NCBI GenBank assembly: GCA_964428495.1
Contig: CAYRXY010000003.1
Location: 9,588-73,587, forward strand
Source: an uncultured archaeon
GTDB lineage: Archaea; Aenigmatarchaeota; Aenigmatarchaeia; GW2011-AR5; JAHLMP01
Length of the DNA: 64,000 nucleotides
Direction of reading: 5' to 3'
The notes beneath the pieces were generated by a model that saw nothing but the letters and a program-made list of their open reading frames with translations, was not told where the DNA came from and searched no databases. The position numbers and the translations under genes were made by a program. Shown piece after piece: positions 19,241 to 29,179 of the stretch. Numbering within the stretch: position 1 is the first letter of the stretch; every line of letters begins with the position of its first letter.

Positions 19241-20152
19241 TTATCCAAAAGAAGAGAGTACTATGATTATCAACGTGTAAATAGACAGCATCACCATACC
19301 AACCATTCGGTCCATTTTATACTTCATAAACAACAAGGCTAAACCATAAGTTAATAATAGGGACGCCAAAAGGGCTATTTCTCTAACACCAATACCAATA
19401 GTTGATATCGTAGCGCTTAGTCCGAGAATCAGCGCTATGTTAACAAAACACGAACCAAACACCGTACCAAAAATAATTCCCATCTCTTTCTTTCTAGCTG
19501 CAGACAAAGCAACCATAAGTTCTGGAAATGATGTTGTGATACCAACTACCGTAGCTCCAAGAAGTGTCTCAGAAATTCCTAGAATTTTCGAAAGTTCTAT
19601 AGAAGATCTTGTGACAACTTCTGCTGAAATAAGGATCATTACAATGATTAAAATCAATTTTCCAAGAATGATCAAAATTTCAATCGTACTACCTTTTTCT
19701 TTTCCATCCTTGTACTTTTGGTGTAGTAAAGAGTCTGAAAGGAAGAAGAATATTAAAAGGCTCATTAGACCAAAAGTGCTGTCATATCCATAGAACAGAC
19801 CGTAGAGAAGTAACAGTGAAGTTATGATAATTATCTCCTTAGCCCTTTTCAAATACTTCTCTCCTACACCAATGCCATAGACTAGAGCAGTGCCCCCCAT
19901 AACGAGTAATATGTCAGCTATGTTAGATCCGACCATAGTACCATAAATAAGATTCTGGGCATTACTGAGACTGGCTGTAATTGAAACCGAAAGTTCAGGA
20001 AGAGAGGTCATAATAGCTATTATAATAATCCCAATTGTCATCTTCATTATTCCCGTCAATTTAGAAAGCTTGATAGAATAGTCTACAGCGTAATCACTAA
20101 ACTTCATCATAAGTATCATTCCAACGAAAAACGTAAAGAGCCATATCCACAT
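19241..20152 (-). CDS. Na+/Ca2+ antiporter (CaCA/YrbG family)
   Basis: Two alpha repeats: TSLPEL...GSNIAD and TSFPEL...GSCFVN; start reset to MWIWLF, downstream of tRNA-Ser. Confidence 0.9.
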   Translation of the reverse strand: MWIWLFTFFVGMILMMKFSDYAVDYSIKLSKLTGIMKMTIGIIIIAIMTSLPELSVSITASLSNAQNLIYGTMVGSNIADILLVMGGTALVYGIGVGEKYLKRAKEIIIITSLLLLYGLFYGYDSTFGLMSLLIFFFLSDSLLHQKYKDGKEKGSTIEILIILGKLILIIVMILISAEVVTRSSIELSKILGISETLLGATVVGITTSFPELMVALSAARKKEMGIIFGTVFGSCFVNIALILGLSATISTIGIGVREIALLASLLLTYGLALLFMKYKMDRMVGMVMLSIYTLIIIVLSSFG

Positions 20153-20154
20153 AA

Positions 20155-20239
20155 CGCCGGGGGCAGGATTCGAACCTGCGCGGAGCAAAGCTCCACCGGC
20201 TCTCAAGGCCGGCCCGTTGGCCAACTTCGGTACCCCGGC
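20155..20239 (-). tRNA. tRNA-Ser(TGA)
   Basis: GCCGGGG/CCCCGGC-G acceptor, anticodon arm CCGGC-CT-TGA-GA-GCCGG, long variable arm GGAGC-TTT-GCTCC. Confidence 0.95.
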
Positions 20240-20289
20240 CTAATGATTTCTATAAGCTTTTTATAATTATAAGTGAATTAATTCTTAAA

Positions 20290-20820
20290 ATGGGAATCAG
20301 CAAGGTAATATTAATATTAATTCAGATATTCTGGTTTATCCTTCCAGCCTATGCCGCAAACGCGTTTCCTCCTCTTCTAAGAGGTAAAAGACCATTAGAT
20401 TTTGGTAAGTCATGGAGGGGGAAACCAATTTTAGGTAAAGGTAAGACTATGGAGGGGACTATTGGTGGTATAATATTTGGTTGTCTTGTCGGATTCTCTC
20501 AACTCTACTTCCAATCTTATGTAGAAACTTATCTCCCATTAATTGAATTGACACCAATACTCGTGGTTCTACTGAGTGCTGGAGCGATTCTTGGAGATAT
20601 AGTAGCTAGTTTTTTTAAGCGCAGAGCTGGAATAAAAAGAGGTGAACCAGTTCCATTAATGGATCAATTGGATTTCATATTAGGCGCTCTTCTCCTTTCC
20701 TCAATATTCAAAAGACTACCACTTCTTCATTTTTCACTGATCATCGTCCTGACGCCTTTAATCCATCTTCTGGCAAATGGAATATCTTATTTATTAAAAA
20801 TTAAGAGCGTTCCATATTAG
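20290..20820 (+). CDS. carS: CDP-archaeol synthase
   Basis: PAYAANAFP, PLDFG...LGKGKT.EG, GDIVASFFKRR.G..RG....MDQLDF. Confidence 0.92.
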   Translation: MGISKVILILIQIFWFILPAYAANAFPPLLRGKRPLDFGKSWRGKPILGKGKTMEGTIGGIIFGCLVGFSQLYFQSYVETYLPLIELTPILVVLLSAGAILGDIVASFFKRRAGIKRGEPVPLMDQLDFILGALLLSSIFKRLPLLHFSLIIVLTPLIHLLANGISYLLKIKSVPY

Positions 20821-20851
20821 TTTAAAAATCTAAAAACTAATTATCTTTCTT

Positions 20852-21337
20852 ATGATACATCTACCGATAACAGGTTTTGTTTCGGTTTTATTTAGTCCAT
20901 TGCTCTCGCTAAATCCAGCTCTAGCTATATTCATACTTTCAACGATTATCAGCTTTCTTGTAACCCTTCCCTACAGATTCTTAATACATCATGAAAAGAT
21001 GAAAGAAATTAAGGAAAGAGTGAATGCGTTGAATGAAAGGGCTAAGGAAGAGCAAAAAAATGGTAATACAGAAAAGGCAAATGAATTAATGATGGAAGTT
21101 ATGAAGCTTCAGGGACAAATGATGAAGCATATGTCCAAGCCGTTACTCCTTGGATGGATTGTTGTATTTATATTTCTTCCATGGATATCCCAACAATATG
21201 GCCATGTCACAATTCTTTTACCGTTCTCTCTTCCAATAATCGGAAATGTATTTCCATTTAATTGGATGGGTTGGTATTTTGTAACTTCCTATACAATGAC
21301 CAAAATATTCAGGGTCATACTTGGTGTAGAGATATGA
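20852..21337 (+). CDS. DUF106/EMC3-TMCO1 (Oxa1 superfamily) membrane protein
   Basis: TM - coiled coil - Met-rich segment - TM - GWYF architecture. Confidence 0.8.
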   Translation: MIHLPITGFVSVLFSPLLSLNPALAIFILSTIISFLVTLPYRFLIHHEKMKEIKERVNALNERAKEEQKNGNTEKANELMMEVMKLQGQMMKHMSKPLLLGWIVVFIFLPWISQQYGHVTILLPFSLPIIGNVFPFNWMGWYFVTSYTMTKIFRVILGVEI

Positions 21338-21501
21338 ATCTGAATAAATCAATACTAAAGATTCTCGCATGTCCTAGATGTAAAGGTGAGTTAGAATACA
21401 ATGAAAAAGAGGAGGCTTTGATATGTAAAAATTGTAGATTAAAATTTAAGATCATAGATGGCATTCCAGATCTTCTATTAGAAGATGCAGAAAAATTTTA
21501 A
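21334..21501 (+). CDS. trm112: Trm112-family protein
   Basis: ILACPRCKGEL...LIC.NC...F.I.DGIPDLL. Confidence 0.88.
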   Translation: MNLNKSILKILACPRCKGELEYNEKEEALICKNCRLKFKIIDGIPDLLLEDAEKF

Positions 21502-21533
21502 ACAATAAAAGCTTTCTTTATTGATAATAAGAT

Positions 21534-21854
21534 ATGGACTATAAGAAACAATCTTTTAAGGATAAAACAATTAAGGATCTTAATACCGAAAAAGATGTTA
21601 ATGTTTCTGTGATTGGAAAAATAATAGACATTAAAGACGATATAGCAATAATCGATGATGGAACCGGAACAATTAGAGTAATATTTGAAAATTCTGCTAA
21701 AGATTTAAAAGTAGGTGATATAATAAAAGTATTTGGACAGTTAATTACAGTTCAAGGAAGTCCAGAAATAAGGGTAGAGGTTTACAGCGTGATGAAGGGA
21801 CTTGACCTGAACTTATATAAAAAATACTTAGAACTGAGGGATGAAAATGTTTAA
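21534..21854 (+). CDS. Single OB-fold protein (RPA small-subunit-like)
   Basis: VSVIGKIID...IIDDGTG.IRV...GDIIKVFG. Confidence 0.75.
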   Translation: MDYKKQSFKDKTIKDLNTEKDVNVSVIGKIIDIKDDIAIIDDGTGTIRVIFENSAKDLKVGDIIKVFGQLITVQGSPEIRVEVYSVMKGLDLNLYKKYLELRDENV

Positions 21855-22590
21855 GGCCGTTTTGGAGGACGTCGCACTACTAAGAGATTCTATTGCAACG
21901 ATATCAGAATTAATCGAAGAGGCAAAGTTTAAGATAAAAAAAGATGGAATAGAGCTTCTTGCTGCGGATCGGGCGGTAGTCGCCGTTGTGGACTTCAAAT
22001 TTTCTGCTAAGAATTTCAAAGAATATGATCTAAAATCTGATGCTACGATTGGTATAAACTTGAATAATTTTTTACAAATACTTAAGAGAGCTAAAAGCTC
22101 TGAAATATTACGACTAGAATTAAGTGATGATTCATTTTCACTTATTTTCGAAGGTCGTTCTAAGAGAAAATTTACGCTACCATTAATAGAGATAAGGGAG
22201 GAAGTCCCAACCGGAATTGAAAAATTGAGCTTCCCTTCAAAGGTTGAGATCAGCTCTGGGGTTCTATCGGACGGAATAGATGATGCTGATTTAGTATCTG
22301 ATTCCATTGTGATGGAAGTTGAAAAGGATAAGTTCATGCTAAAAGCTCATGGAGATTCGACTTCTGCAGAGCTTGAGTTAAAAGCTGGTGAAGATTGTAA
22401 GATAGAAACTAAGGAACCAGTTAGAGCAAGATATTCAATAGATTATCTAAAGAAGATGCTTAAAGCCAAAAAACTATCCGAAAGAGTAACTATTGCCCTA
22501 AATACAAACTACCCATTAAAGATGAGTTTCAAATATCAGGAAGGACTTATAACACTAAGTTTCATTCTTGCTCCAAGAGTTGAAGAATAA
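21841..22590 (+). CDS. pcn: DNA polymerase sliding clamp PCNA
   Basis: LAADRAVVAVVD, YSIDYLKKM, FILAPRVE. Confidence 0.96.
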   Translation: MKMFKAVLEDVALLRDSIATISELIEEAKFKIKKDGIELLAADRAVVAVVDFKFSAKNFKEYDLKSDATIGINLNNFLQILKRAKSSEILRLELSDDSFSLIFEGRSKRKFTLPLIEIREEVPTGIEKLSFPSKVEISSGVLSDGIDDADLVSDSIVMEVEKDKFMLKAHGDSTSAELELKAGEDCKIETKEPVRARYSIDYLKKMLKAKKLSERVTIALNTNYPLKMSFKYQEGLITLSFILAPRVEE

Positions 22591-22631
22591 AGTTTTTTAT
22601 ATCGTCTAAAACCAATATTTATTTGATAGAT

Positions 22632-23048
22632 ATGAAAGCGATAACTCCGGTAATTGCTATTGTACTCTTACTAGCAATAACAATTTCGATAGTAGCTTTT
22701 TCAATAACATATTTTCAGAGATTAACATCATCTGGACTTAAGAAAAGTACAGAGCAAATGGAAAATATCGAATATGGCAAGAATGTTGTTATAGATTCTG
22801 TAAGTACCAGTGGAAATCTAAAAGTCTATTTGAGATGGATTGGACCAAAATCGGTAAATGCAAGTGAGATTGCACTGTATGTAGATGGAAATGCAGTTGA
22901 ATGCAATCTCAAAGATCTCAGTGGAAACACTCTTTCAGAACTTTCTTCATCAAACCAGCTCGGTTATTGCAATACAACACTTACAACATGCAATAGTGTA
23001 AAGATAACTACTCCGACAAACATAGATGAAAGAAGTTGCAAATCGTGA
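22632..23048 (+). CDS. Archaeal type IV pilin-like protein
   Basis: Class III signal peptide MKA|ITPVIAIVLLLAITISIV. Confidence 0.85.
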   Translation: MKAITPVIAIVLLLAITISIVAFSITYFQRLTSSGLKKSTEQMENIEYGKNVVIDSVSTSGNLKVYLRWIGPKSVNASEIALYVDGNAVECNLKDLSGNTLSELSSSNQLGYCNTTLTTCNSVKITTPTNIDERSCKS

Positions 23049-23053
23049 TTGAT

Positions 23054-23281
23054 ATGAAGACAAAATCTAAAATAAAATCTGGAGAAAGGGCGACGTACAT
23101 AGAGTCAGTGACAATAGTAATTCTAGTTATTTTAGTAGCGATCAGCTTCATATTCGCTGGGTATGGCATGAATTCCCCAGCTGGAGTTTCAGGAAGCACT
23201 CTGACAAATATGTTGTTACTATTTTTAATTGCAGAAGTAGCAGTCATAATTCTGATGCTCTCCAGAATATACCACAAGTAG
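23054..23281 (+). CDS. Small two-TM membrane protein
   Basis: Two hydrophobic helices; follows the pilin gene directly. Confidence 0.65.
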   Translation: MKTKSKIKSGERATYIESVTIVILVILVAISFIFAGYGMNSPAGVSGSTLTNMLLLFLIAEVAVIILMLSRIYHK

Positions 23282-23321
23282 TTTATTTTTCTTTTTAATT
23301 TTCATTCTCAATATTATTACT

Positions 23322-24581
23322 ATGAAAAACGTACGTGGAACTAGGGATATTTTACCTCCCGAATCTATCATAAGAAAGGAAATAATAGATATTATTAGAC
23401 GTACCTATGAAGAGTTTGGATTTCTTCCTATGGAAACCCCTGCACTAGAAAAGTGGGAAGTTCTTTCAAAAAAGGGAGCTGGTGGATCAGAAGTATTAGA
23501 GGAGTCTTTCAAATTTAAAGATAGAAAAGGGAGAGAAATAGGGCTAAGATATGACATGACTGTTCCTCTTGCCCGGTTCATTTCTGAAAATAGATCAATA
23601 GTTCTCCCGTTTAAGAGGTACCAAATTGATCGTGTATGGCGTTACGGAGATGTAACTCGTGGTCGATTACGTGAGTTCTGGCAAGCAGATATTGATGTAA
23701 TAGGGAGCAAGGAGATAGAGGCAGATGCTGAGGTTGTTTCATGTGCAGTTGTAGCTATGAGAAGATTAGGATTTAGAAAATTCTTCGTAAGAATAAACAA
23801 CAGAAAGGTTTTGAATGATATAATGAATTATGCTGGTGTTTCTGAATCAAAGAGATTGGATGTCATCAGAACAATCGATAAGTTAGATAAAATAGGTGAA
23901 AAAGGAGTAGAAGAAGAGCTGAAAAAAATCATTGAAATAGATGTAGTAAAAAGACTTATGAAGGTTTTGAAGATATCTGGAAAAGATGTTTTGAAAAAGG
24001 TGGGGACCATAATTGGTAATACAGAAGGGCTCAAAGAACTGAAAAAACTTTCTGAAATATTGAATATGATTGGAATAAGTGAGTATAAAATAGACTTAAG
24101 CTTGGCAAGGGGGCTTGATTATTATACTGGTCCTATTTTTGAAATCTTCGCTGAAGAAGGTGTTGGAAGTGTTGGAGGGGGTGGGCGATATGACAACCTT
24201 ATCGAGCTCTTTTCCGGTAGAAAAATGCCAGCTACCGGAATCAGCCTTGGGATAGAAAGAATATTCGAAGTTCTGAAAGATAAATTCAAGGTAAAAGATA
24301 ATATTAAAGTTTATGTAGCAATTGCAAATGAAGAAGTTAGAGTGGAAGGAATGAAAATTACACTCTTACTCCGTGAAAATGGAGTTGCATGTGATATAGA
24401 CCTTATGAAGAGAAAACTTAACAAACAACTCGAGTATGCTGGAAAAATGAAAATTCCTTACGTACTAATCATAGGCTTAAATGATTTGAAAAAGAACATA
24501 GTAACATTAAGAGATATGAGTTCTGGTAAGGAGAGAAAGATAAGGCTAGATGATGTCATAAATGAATTGAAAAAACTCTAA
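23322..24581 (+). CDS. hisS: Histidine--tRNA ligase
   Basis: RGTRD, LRYDMTVPLAR, GRLREFWQAD, LARGLDYYTG, GGGRYD. Confidence 0.97.
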   Translation: MKNVRGTRDILPPESIIRKEIIDIIRRTYEEFGFLPMETPALEKWEVLSKKGAGGSEVLEESFKFKDRKGREIGLRYDMTVPLARFISENRSIVLPFKRYQIDRVWRYGDVTRGRLREFWQADIDVIGSKEIEADAEVVSCAVVAMRRLGFRKFFVRINNRKVLNDIMNYAGVSESKRLDVIRTIDKLDKIGEKGVEEELKKIIEIDVVKRLMKVLKISGKDVLKKVGTIIGNTEGLKELKKLSEILNMIGISEYKIDLSLARGLDYYTGPIFEIFAEEGVGSVGGGGRYDNLIELFSGRKMPATGISLGIERIFEVLKDKFKVKDNIKVYVAIANEEVRVEGMKITLLLRENGVACDIDLMKRKLNKQLEYAGKMKIPYVLIIGLNDLKKNIVTLRDMSSGKERKIRLDDVINELKKL

Positions 24582-24700
24582 CCATAAAATCTTCTTCCGT
24601 TCCATCTTTCATGTATTACTGTTCCACAATTTCTACAAAACTTCAGACCACTACTATCCAAACCAAGGTTCGTGGAACCACAAACTGGGCACTTATTCAT
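24578..24700 (-). CDS. 40-aa TFIIB-type zinc-ribbon microprotein
   Basis: MNKCPVCGSTNLGLDSSGLKFCRNCGTVIHERWNGRRFYG*; below the ORF-track length cutoff. Confidence 0.65.
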   Translation of the reverse strand: MNKCPVCGSTNLGLDSSGLKFCRNCGTVIHERWNGRRFYG

Positions 24701-24796
24701 GATTAGCGTTTCTCTTAAAAGATAAAAATTGATTTCGGAATTTGAAAATCTAAATTCAAAACTAATATAGATAAACTATAAAATGAAAAGTATCTT

Positions 24797-25441
24797 CTAA
24801 TTCATAGAAATCTTTTTATTTAACCCTTTGTAGTATTTACACCACTCTCTTACAGGACAAATTTCACATTTTGGTTTTTGAGTTCTACAAATTTCCTTTC
24901 CAAACTCTACAAGAAGGAAGTTGACAAGTTTTCTTTTATTCTTTGGAGTAATTTTAAACAAATCTTCCTGTATTTGATCGTAGTCATTACTATTTGTAAT
25001 TCCGAGCCTCCTTGATATTATGGCCACATGAACATCAACAGCTATCATTGGTTTATTGAATGAGAATGCAAGAACACAATCTACGGTTTTCTTTCCAACA
25101 CCTGGAAGTAAGAGCATTTCATCTCTAGAAATCGGTACCTTACCATTATATTTTTCGATTAAAATTTTTGATATCTCCTTTATCCTTCTTGCCTTCACTT
25201 TGTAAAAACCCACTGGTTTTATTAAGTTTTCAATCTCCCTTACACTCAGACTAAGCAACTTATCCGGAGTATCGGCCTTAGAAAATAAACGTTCAGCAGC
25301 TTTATCTGTAACTTCATCTTTCGTTCTCTGAGAAAGGACTGTCCTTATTAGGACTCTAAACGGATCGTCTTTCTTCTTTTCCCAGTAATCGTATCTTTTC
25401 TCCAATATGTTTAGTATTTTTTGAAATGTTTTTTTATCCAT
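24797..25441 (-). CDS. nth: Endonuclease III
   Basis: LSQRTKD, HhH LPGVGKKT, AVDVH, C-terminal C.....PKCEICP....C FeS motif. Confidence 0.95.
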   Translation of the reverse strand: MDKKTFQKILNILEKRYDYWEKKKDDPFRVLIRTVLSQRTKDEVTDKAAERLFSKADTPDKLLSLSVREIENLIKPVGFYKVKARRIKEISKILIEKYNGKVPISRDEMLLLPGVGKKTVDCVLAFSFNKPMIAVDVHVAIISRRLGITNSNDYDQIQEDLFKITPKNKRKLVNFLLVEFGKEICRTQKPKCEICPVREWCKYYKGLNKKISMN

Positions 25442-25490
25442 AAAAATTTATTTAAGTAAACAAAATAAAAGTAAAGAAGAGGGGAAGAAA

Positions 25491-25766
25491 ATGAACGCAG
25501 GAGTAAAATTGATAATAGGAATCTTGATCTTCCTTGTAGGGTTGTATTGGTATACAGTAGATTATATACCAGGAGCAGCAGGTTGGACAACTATAATCGG
25601 TAAAAAAGCGGTAGATCTTTTCATAGATGTATTTGTAGGAACGTTCGGTCTATTCTTGATAATATTCGGTCTACTAGTAGCCTGGGTAGAATACGAGGAC
25701 TTAAAATGGGGAATGGAAGAAAAGAAACAGCGAACAAAAACTAAGAGAAGGAAGAAAAGAAAATAA
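25491..25766 (+). CDS. Small membrane protein
   Basis: Two TM helices and a basic tail. Confidence 0.7.
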   Translation: MNAGVKLIIGILIFLVGLYWYTVDYIPGAAGWTTIIGKKAVDLFIDVFVGTFGLFLIIFGLLVAWVEYEDLKWGMEEKKQRTKTKRRKKRK

Positions 25767-25768
25767 AT

Positions 25769-26344
25769 TTACTTAGATTTTTTGGTTTCTTTCTTTTTTG
25801 ATTTTAATTTTCTCTTATCCGTTTCTATCCATGATATAGAGCCTAGCCAAGGCTGTCTCATTGTTAGACTTATCTTTGTACGATTCTTACCAAGAGAAAC
25901 ACCAACGATTCTTGCACGCACGACATCTCCAATCTGAAGTTTTCTCTTAGTTCTCTTTCCCATAAAAGTGCTGTTCTTTGGATCATAGGAAATTCTATCA
26001 TTCAATATTTGACTTACATGAACCAAAGCATCTAAAGGTCCTATTCTTACAAATGCACCAAACTCTGAAATATCGACAACCTCTCCAAGAACCACTTCTT
26101 GATTTTCTGGTTGAAATATCAAGACTTCATATGTGGCTGGGTAATGAATTGCTGGATCTTCAGGGACGATTTCTCCTTCACCAACGTTTAGAACCTTCGT
26201 AACTACTAAGAAAACTCCGATATTTGGATCTATTTTACCTTCAACTTCATCCCTGAGACTTTCTATGATTGCATCTTCTAGATCGAGGTCAAAATACTTC
26301 GGATGGACACGAACCTCATCTTCAATGGTTGCAAGTTTGAACAT
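25769..26344 (-). CDS. rpoE1: RNA polymerase subunit Rpo7 (E')
   Basis: S1 domain FGAFVRIGPLDALVHVSQI, LTMRQPWLG. Confidence 0.95.
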   Translation of the reverse strand: MFKLATIEDEVRVHPKYFDLDLEDAIIESLRDEVEGKIDPNIGVFLVVTKVLNVGEGEIVPEDPAIHYPATYEVLIFQPENQEVVLGEVVDISEFGAFVRIGPLDALVHVSQILNDRISYDPKNSTFMGKRTKRKLQIGDVVRARIVGVSLGKNRTKISLTMRQPWLGSISWIETDKRKLKSKKKETKKSK

Positions 26345-26345
26345 T

Positions 26346-26690
26346 TCAATCCTCCACAAGATATTTTCTTTGTCTAAGACGTATAACCTTAATATTCTTC
26401 TCTTTTAACGCTTTTATAAGTTTTTTGTCATTTGTAACAACTGCATCTCCAGGCTTCACAATATTAAGAATAGCCTTATCAGCACTTTTCTCTGAAGTCT
26501 GAATAATTTTGATAGGTTGTGAAGCTATTATGTCAAGAGCTAGTTTTGCGTTTTTGTTCTTTATATTTTTTAGCTCTTCTATTGTAGAAGAGAGTACAAC
26601 AGGCTCTCCATATTTTAGAAAATCTATTAAATGATCAAATATATCCACATTCTTTAATTCAAGTAGTATATTAGTATCAATGATTATCAT
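26346..26690 (-). CDS. PIN-domain protein (Fcf1/Utp24-like)
   Basis: IIIDTN, EEL, AD..IL, VTNDKKL; usual position upstream of rpoE1. Confidence 0.88.
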   Translation of the reverse strand: MIIIDTNILLELKNVDIFDHLIDFLKYGEPVVLSSTIEELKNIKNKNAKLALDIIASQPIKIIQTSEKSADKAILNIVKPGDAVVTNDKKLIKALKEKNIKVIRLRQRKYLVED

Positions 26691-26742
26691 AATGATTCTT
26701 TTAAAATTCTAATTTAAAAAACTCTGTCCAGAACTAAGAATT

Positions 26743-27867
26743 ATGAGCTTCGAAATCATTGAAAAGTTAGAATACGGAAAACTTGCAACATTTATACCTA
26801 ATAAAAACCTTCCGATATATAACTGGTTCTACTTCAAGGAGGGATTCTCTAGAGATTTGGCTGTGGAGTTATTCAGAATGTTTAATTTAAGGAAAGGTTC
26901 GTGGGTAATGGATCCATTCTGTGGAAGTGGTACAACGCTATTAGCTGGAAAAGAAAAGGGAATAAACTCAATTGGTTTTGATGTTTTACCTATATCAGTC
27001 TTTGTATCAATAGTAAAAACCAGAGACTATAATATTGAAAAACTTGAGAGAATTTCTAAAGAAATTTTAAAAATTAAATTCGTAAAACAAAAGTTTAGTA
27101 TATCAAAGAATGTAAAAAAATATTTCTCTCCGTACACATTAGAAGACATAATATTTTTCAAGAGATTGATTTTATCTCTAGAAAATCCGGAGAGAGATTT
27201 CTTTCTTCTTGCGTTAATAAATGCATCTATGAAATGTAGCTATGCTTTCAAGGATGGTGGGTTCGTCAAAGTGAGGGCCAAGAATGTACCTCCACTAAGG
27301 CAAATGTTTAGAAGACAAATAAAGAAAATGATAAAAGATCTTAAGGAATTCGAGGTGCAGAAGTGTAAAGTTATTGTAGAGGAAAGAGATGCAAGGACTA
27401 TAGACGTAGAGGATTCGGTAGATGCAATAATAACTTCACCTCCGTATTTGAACAAAATAGAATATCAAAATGTTTACAAAATAGAGCATGAGTTATTTTT
27501 TGGTAGGAAGAGTTCAACAACGATAAGATCATTCATAGGTACAATAAAAGAAAAGGACGAAGAATTTGGACATATAGACAAAATCGTTAAAGAAGAACAA
27601 GCAAAGAGATACTTTAAGGACATGTACATAGTAATAGAAAATTTATACAGAGCTTTGAAAAAAGGGGGGTGGGTAGGGATGGTCGTCGGTAATGGATGCT
27701 TCCCATCCAGTGTTATTGAATCTGACATTATTTTATCAAAAATTGCTGAAGAGATTGGCTTCACTGTGAAAAAAGTAATAGTACTAAATAAAAGATTTTG
27801 TACAACCCCGTCAAGGAGAAAGATAGGAACAGCTAGAGAAAGTCTATTGATCTGGGTGAAAGAATGA
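26743..27867 (+). CDS. Amino-type (N4-C/N6-A) DNA methyltransferase, orphan
   Basis: SAM-binding DPFCGSGTT and catalytic TSPPY; no adjacent endonuclease. Confidence 0.85.
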   Translation: MSFEIIEKLEYGKLATFIPNKNLPIYNWFYFKEGFSRDLAVELFRMFNLRKGSWVMDPFCGSGTTLLAGKEKGINSIGFDVLPISVFVSIVKTRDYNIEKLERISKEILKIKFVKQKFSISKNVKKYFSPYTLEDIIFFKRLILSLENPERDFFLLALINASMKCSYAFKDGGFVKVRAKNVPPLRQMFRRQIKKMIKDLKEFEVQKCKVIVEERDARTIDVEDSVDAIITSPPYLNKIEYQNVYKIEHELFFGRKSSTTIRSFIGTIKEKDEEFGHIDKIVKEEQAKRYFKDMYIVIENLYRALKKGGWVGMVVGNGCFPSSVIESDIILSKIAEEIGFTVKKVIVLNKRFCTTPSRRKIGTARESLLIWVKE

Positions 27868-28373
27868 AAATTTTTATATCGGGAATGCCCAGAGTTGGTA
27901 AGAGTACGTTAGTTAGAAGATTGGTAGAAGAATTCAAGGATAAAAAGATCTGTGGATTTTTTACACCAGAAATAATTGAAAATGGTAAAAGAGTTGGATT
28001 TTTTATAGAAAATATTTCTACCGGTAGTAAAAAGGTTTTTGCGCATGTTTCCCTTAATGGAGTTAAATTTGGAAAATACAAAATTGATGTAAAAGTCCTA
28101 AACGAGATTCTTAAGAACACAGAAGAGTGTCTGGAAGGCGCAGACATAATCTTCATAGATGAAATAGGTAAGATGGAATTTTTTAGTGAAAAATTCCGGA
28201 TGTTTTTGAATAAAATTCTTGAGACAAAAATATCTGTCGTAGCTACAGTTCATAGAGCGTTAACAAATGAGGTCAGAGGTAAAGGGAAACTTATCTGGCT
28301 GACTCGAGAAAAACGAGATGAAAAATTTGAAGAAATAAAAAATTACTTAAAAAATTCATCTATCACTTCTTGA
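27864..28373 (+). CDS. Nucleoside triphosphatase (THEP1/NTPase_1)
   Basis: GMPRVGKST, GFFTPE, IDEIGKME. Confidence 0.9.
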   Translation: MKIFISGMPRVGKSTLVRRLVEEFKDKKICGFFTPEIIENGKRVGFFIENISTGSKKVFAHVSLNGVKFGKYKIDVKVLNEILKNTEECLEGADIIFIDEIGKMEFFSEKFRMFLNKILETKISVVATVHRALTNEVRGKGKLIWLTREKRDEKFEEIKNYLKNSSITS

Positions 28374-28984
28374 ATTCTGTCAGAAATTCTTTCCGCAACT
28401 TTTAAGGCATCATCACTTGCTTCTATATACTCCATATTAAATTCTCGAATAAGTTCTGTCGGAAGATTATAATATATTTCACACTGCTTTCTTATGTGTT
28501 GTTCAACTTCGAATCTATCAAATCCTCTTTTTTCCAGTCGCATCCTCTCCAACAGCTCGTTCTGACTAACCTTTAGAATCAATGTCAAATGAGGACGAGT
28601 TCTGCAATATTTGTTTATTTCTTTTATCCATAAAATGTCGGTTTTTCCGATCAAACTTTGATATATATATGTCGAGAGTAGAGACCGTTCTAAAATCATT
28701 ATAATTTTTTTATCAGATTCTTCTAAAGGTTTTATGACATTTATATAATGGTGCAGATGATCTAGAGCATAGACAAGTGCGTATTCCTCCGCTGTAATTT
28801 TGTCTTTAGAATTTCTTAAAATCTTTGTAAAACTACCTGTTATTAGCTCACTTGGAACTGAAGTTCTCTTGAAAATAATATCTCGACCTTTATTTTTTCT
28901 TCGTAAAAATTCTACAACAAGATTTGCTATTGTACTTTTTCCTGAGAAATCTGGACCATCAATACTTATAACCAAAAGACTCAT
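28343..28984 (-). CDS. tmk: Thymidylate kinase
   Basis: DGPDFSGKST P-loop, ERSLLST..YQ, PHLTLIL. Confidence 0.82.
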   Translation of the reverse strand: MSLLVISIDGPDFSGKSTIANLVVEFLRRKNKGRDIIFKRTSVPSELITGSFTKILRNSKDKITAEEYALVYALDHLHHYINVIKPLEESDKKIIMILERSLLSTYIYQSLIGKTDILWIKEINKYCRTRPHLTLILKVSQNELLERMRLEKRGFDRFEVEQHIRKQCEIYYNLPTELIREFNMEYIEASDDALKVAERISDRIQEVIDEFFK

Positions 28985-29179
28985 GATTAAATTTTGAAAG
29001 AAAAGTTATTTTAAGTTTTTTTCGTCCAAAATTGGTGTTTGAAATATCTTAATACGAAGATTTCGCAAAATTCTTGAAATTCAAAGTATCGATGAGTTCT
29101 ATACCTTGGTATCGTTCATCGCTATTTAGAATGAAGACAATTTAACGGACGAAGATACATAGTTTTCAAGTCCAAAGAA

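Noticed and set aside
20153..20224. N-terminal extension (MANGPALRAGG...) of the antiporter in the ORF track
   Set aside because: It is a translation of the tRNA-Ser gene; the real start is most likely 20152.
28985..29179. 195-bp intergenic region beside mcm with an imperfect hairpin (~29090-29121), a possible origin or sRNA
   Set aside because: No ORB-like repeats, no cdc6 nearby and only weak pairing; adequately explained as the mcm terminator plus tmk promoter.
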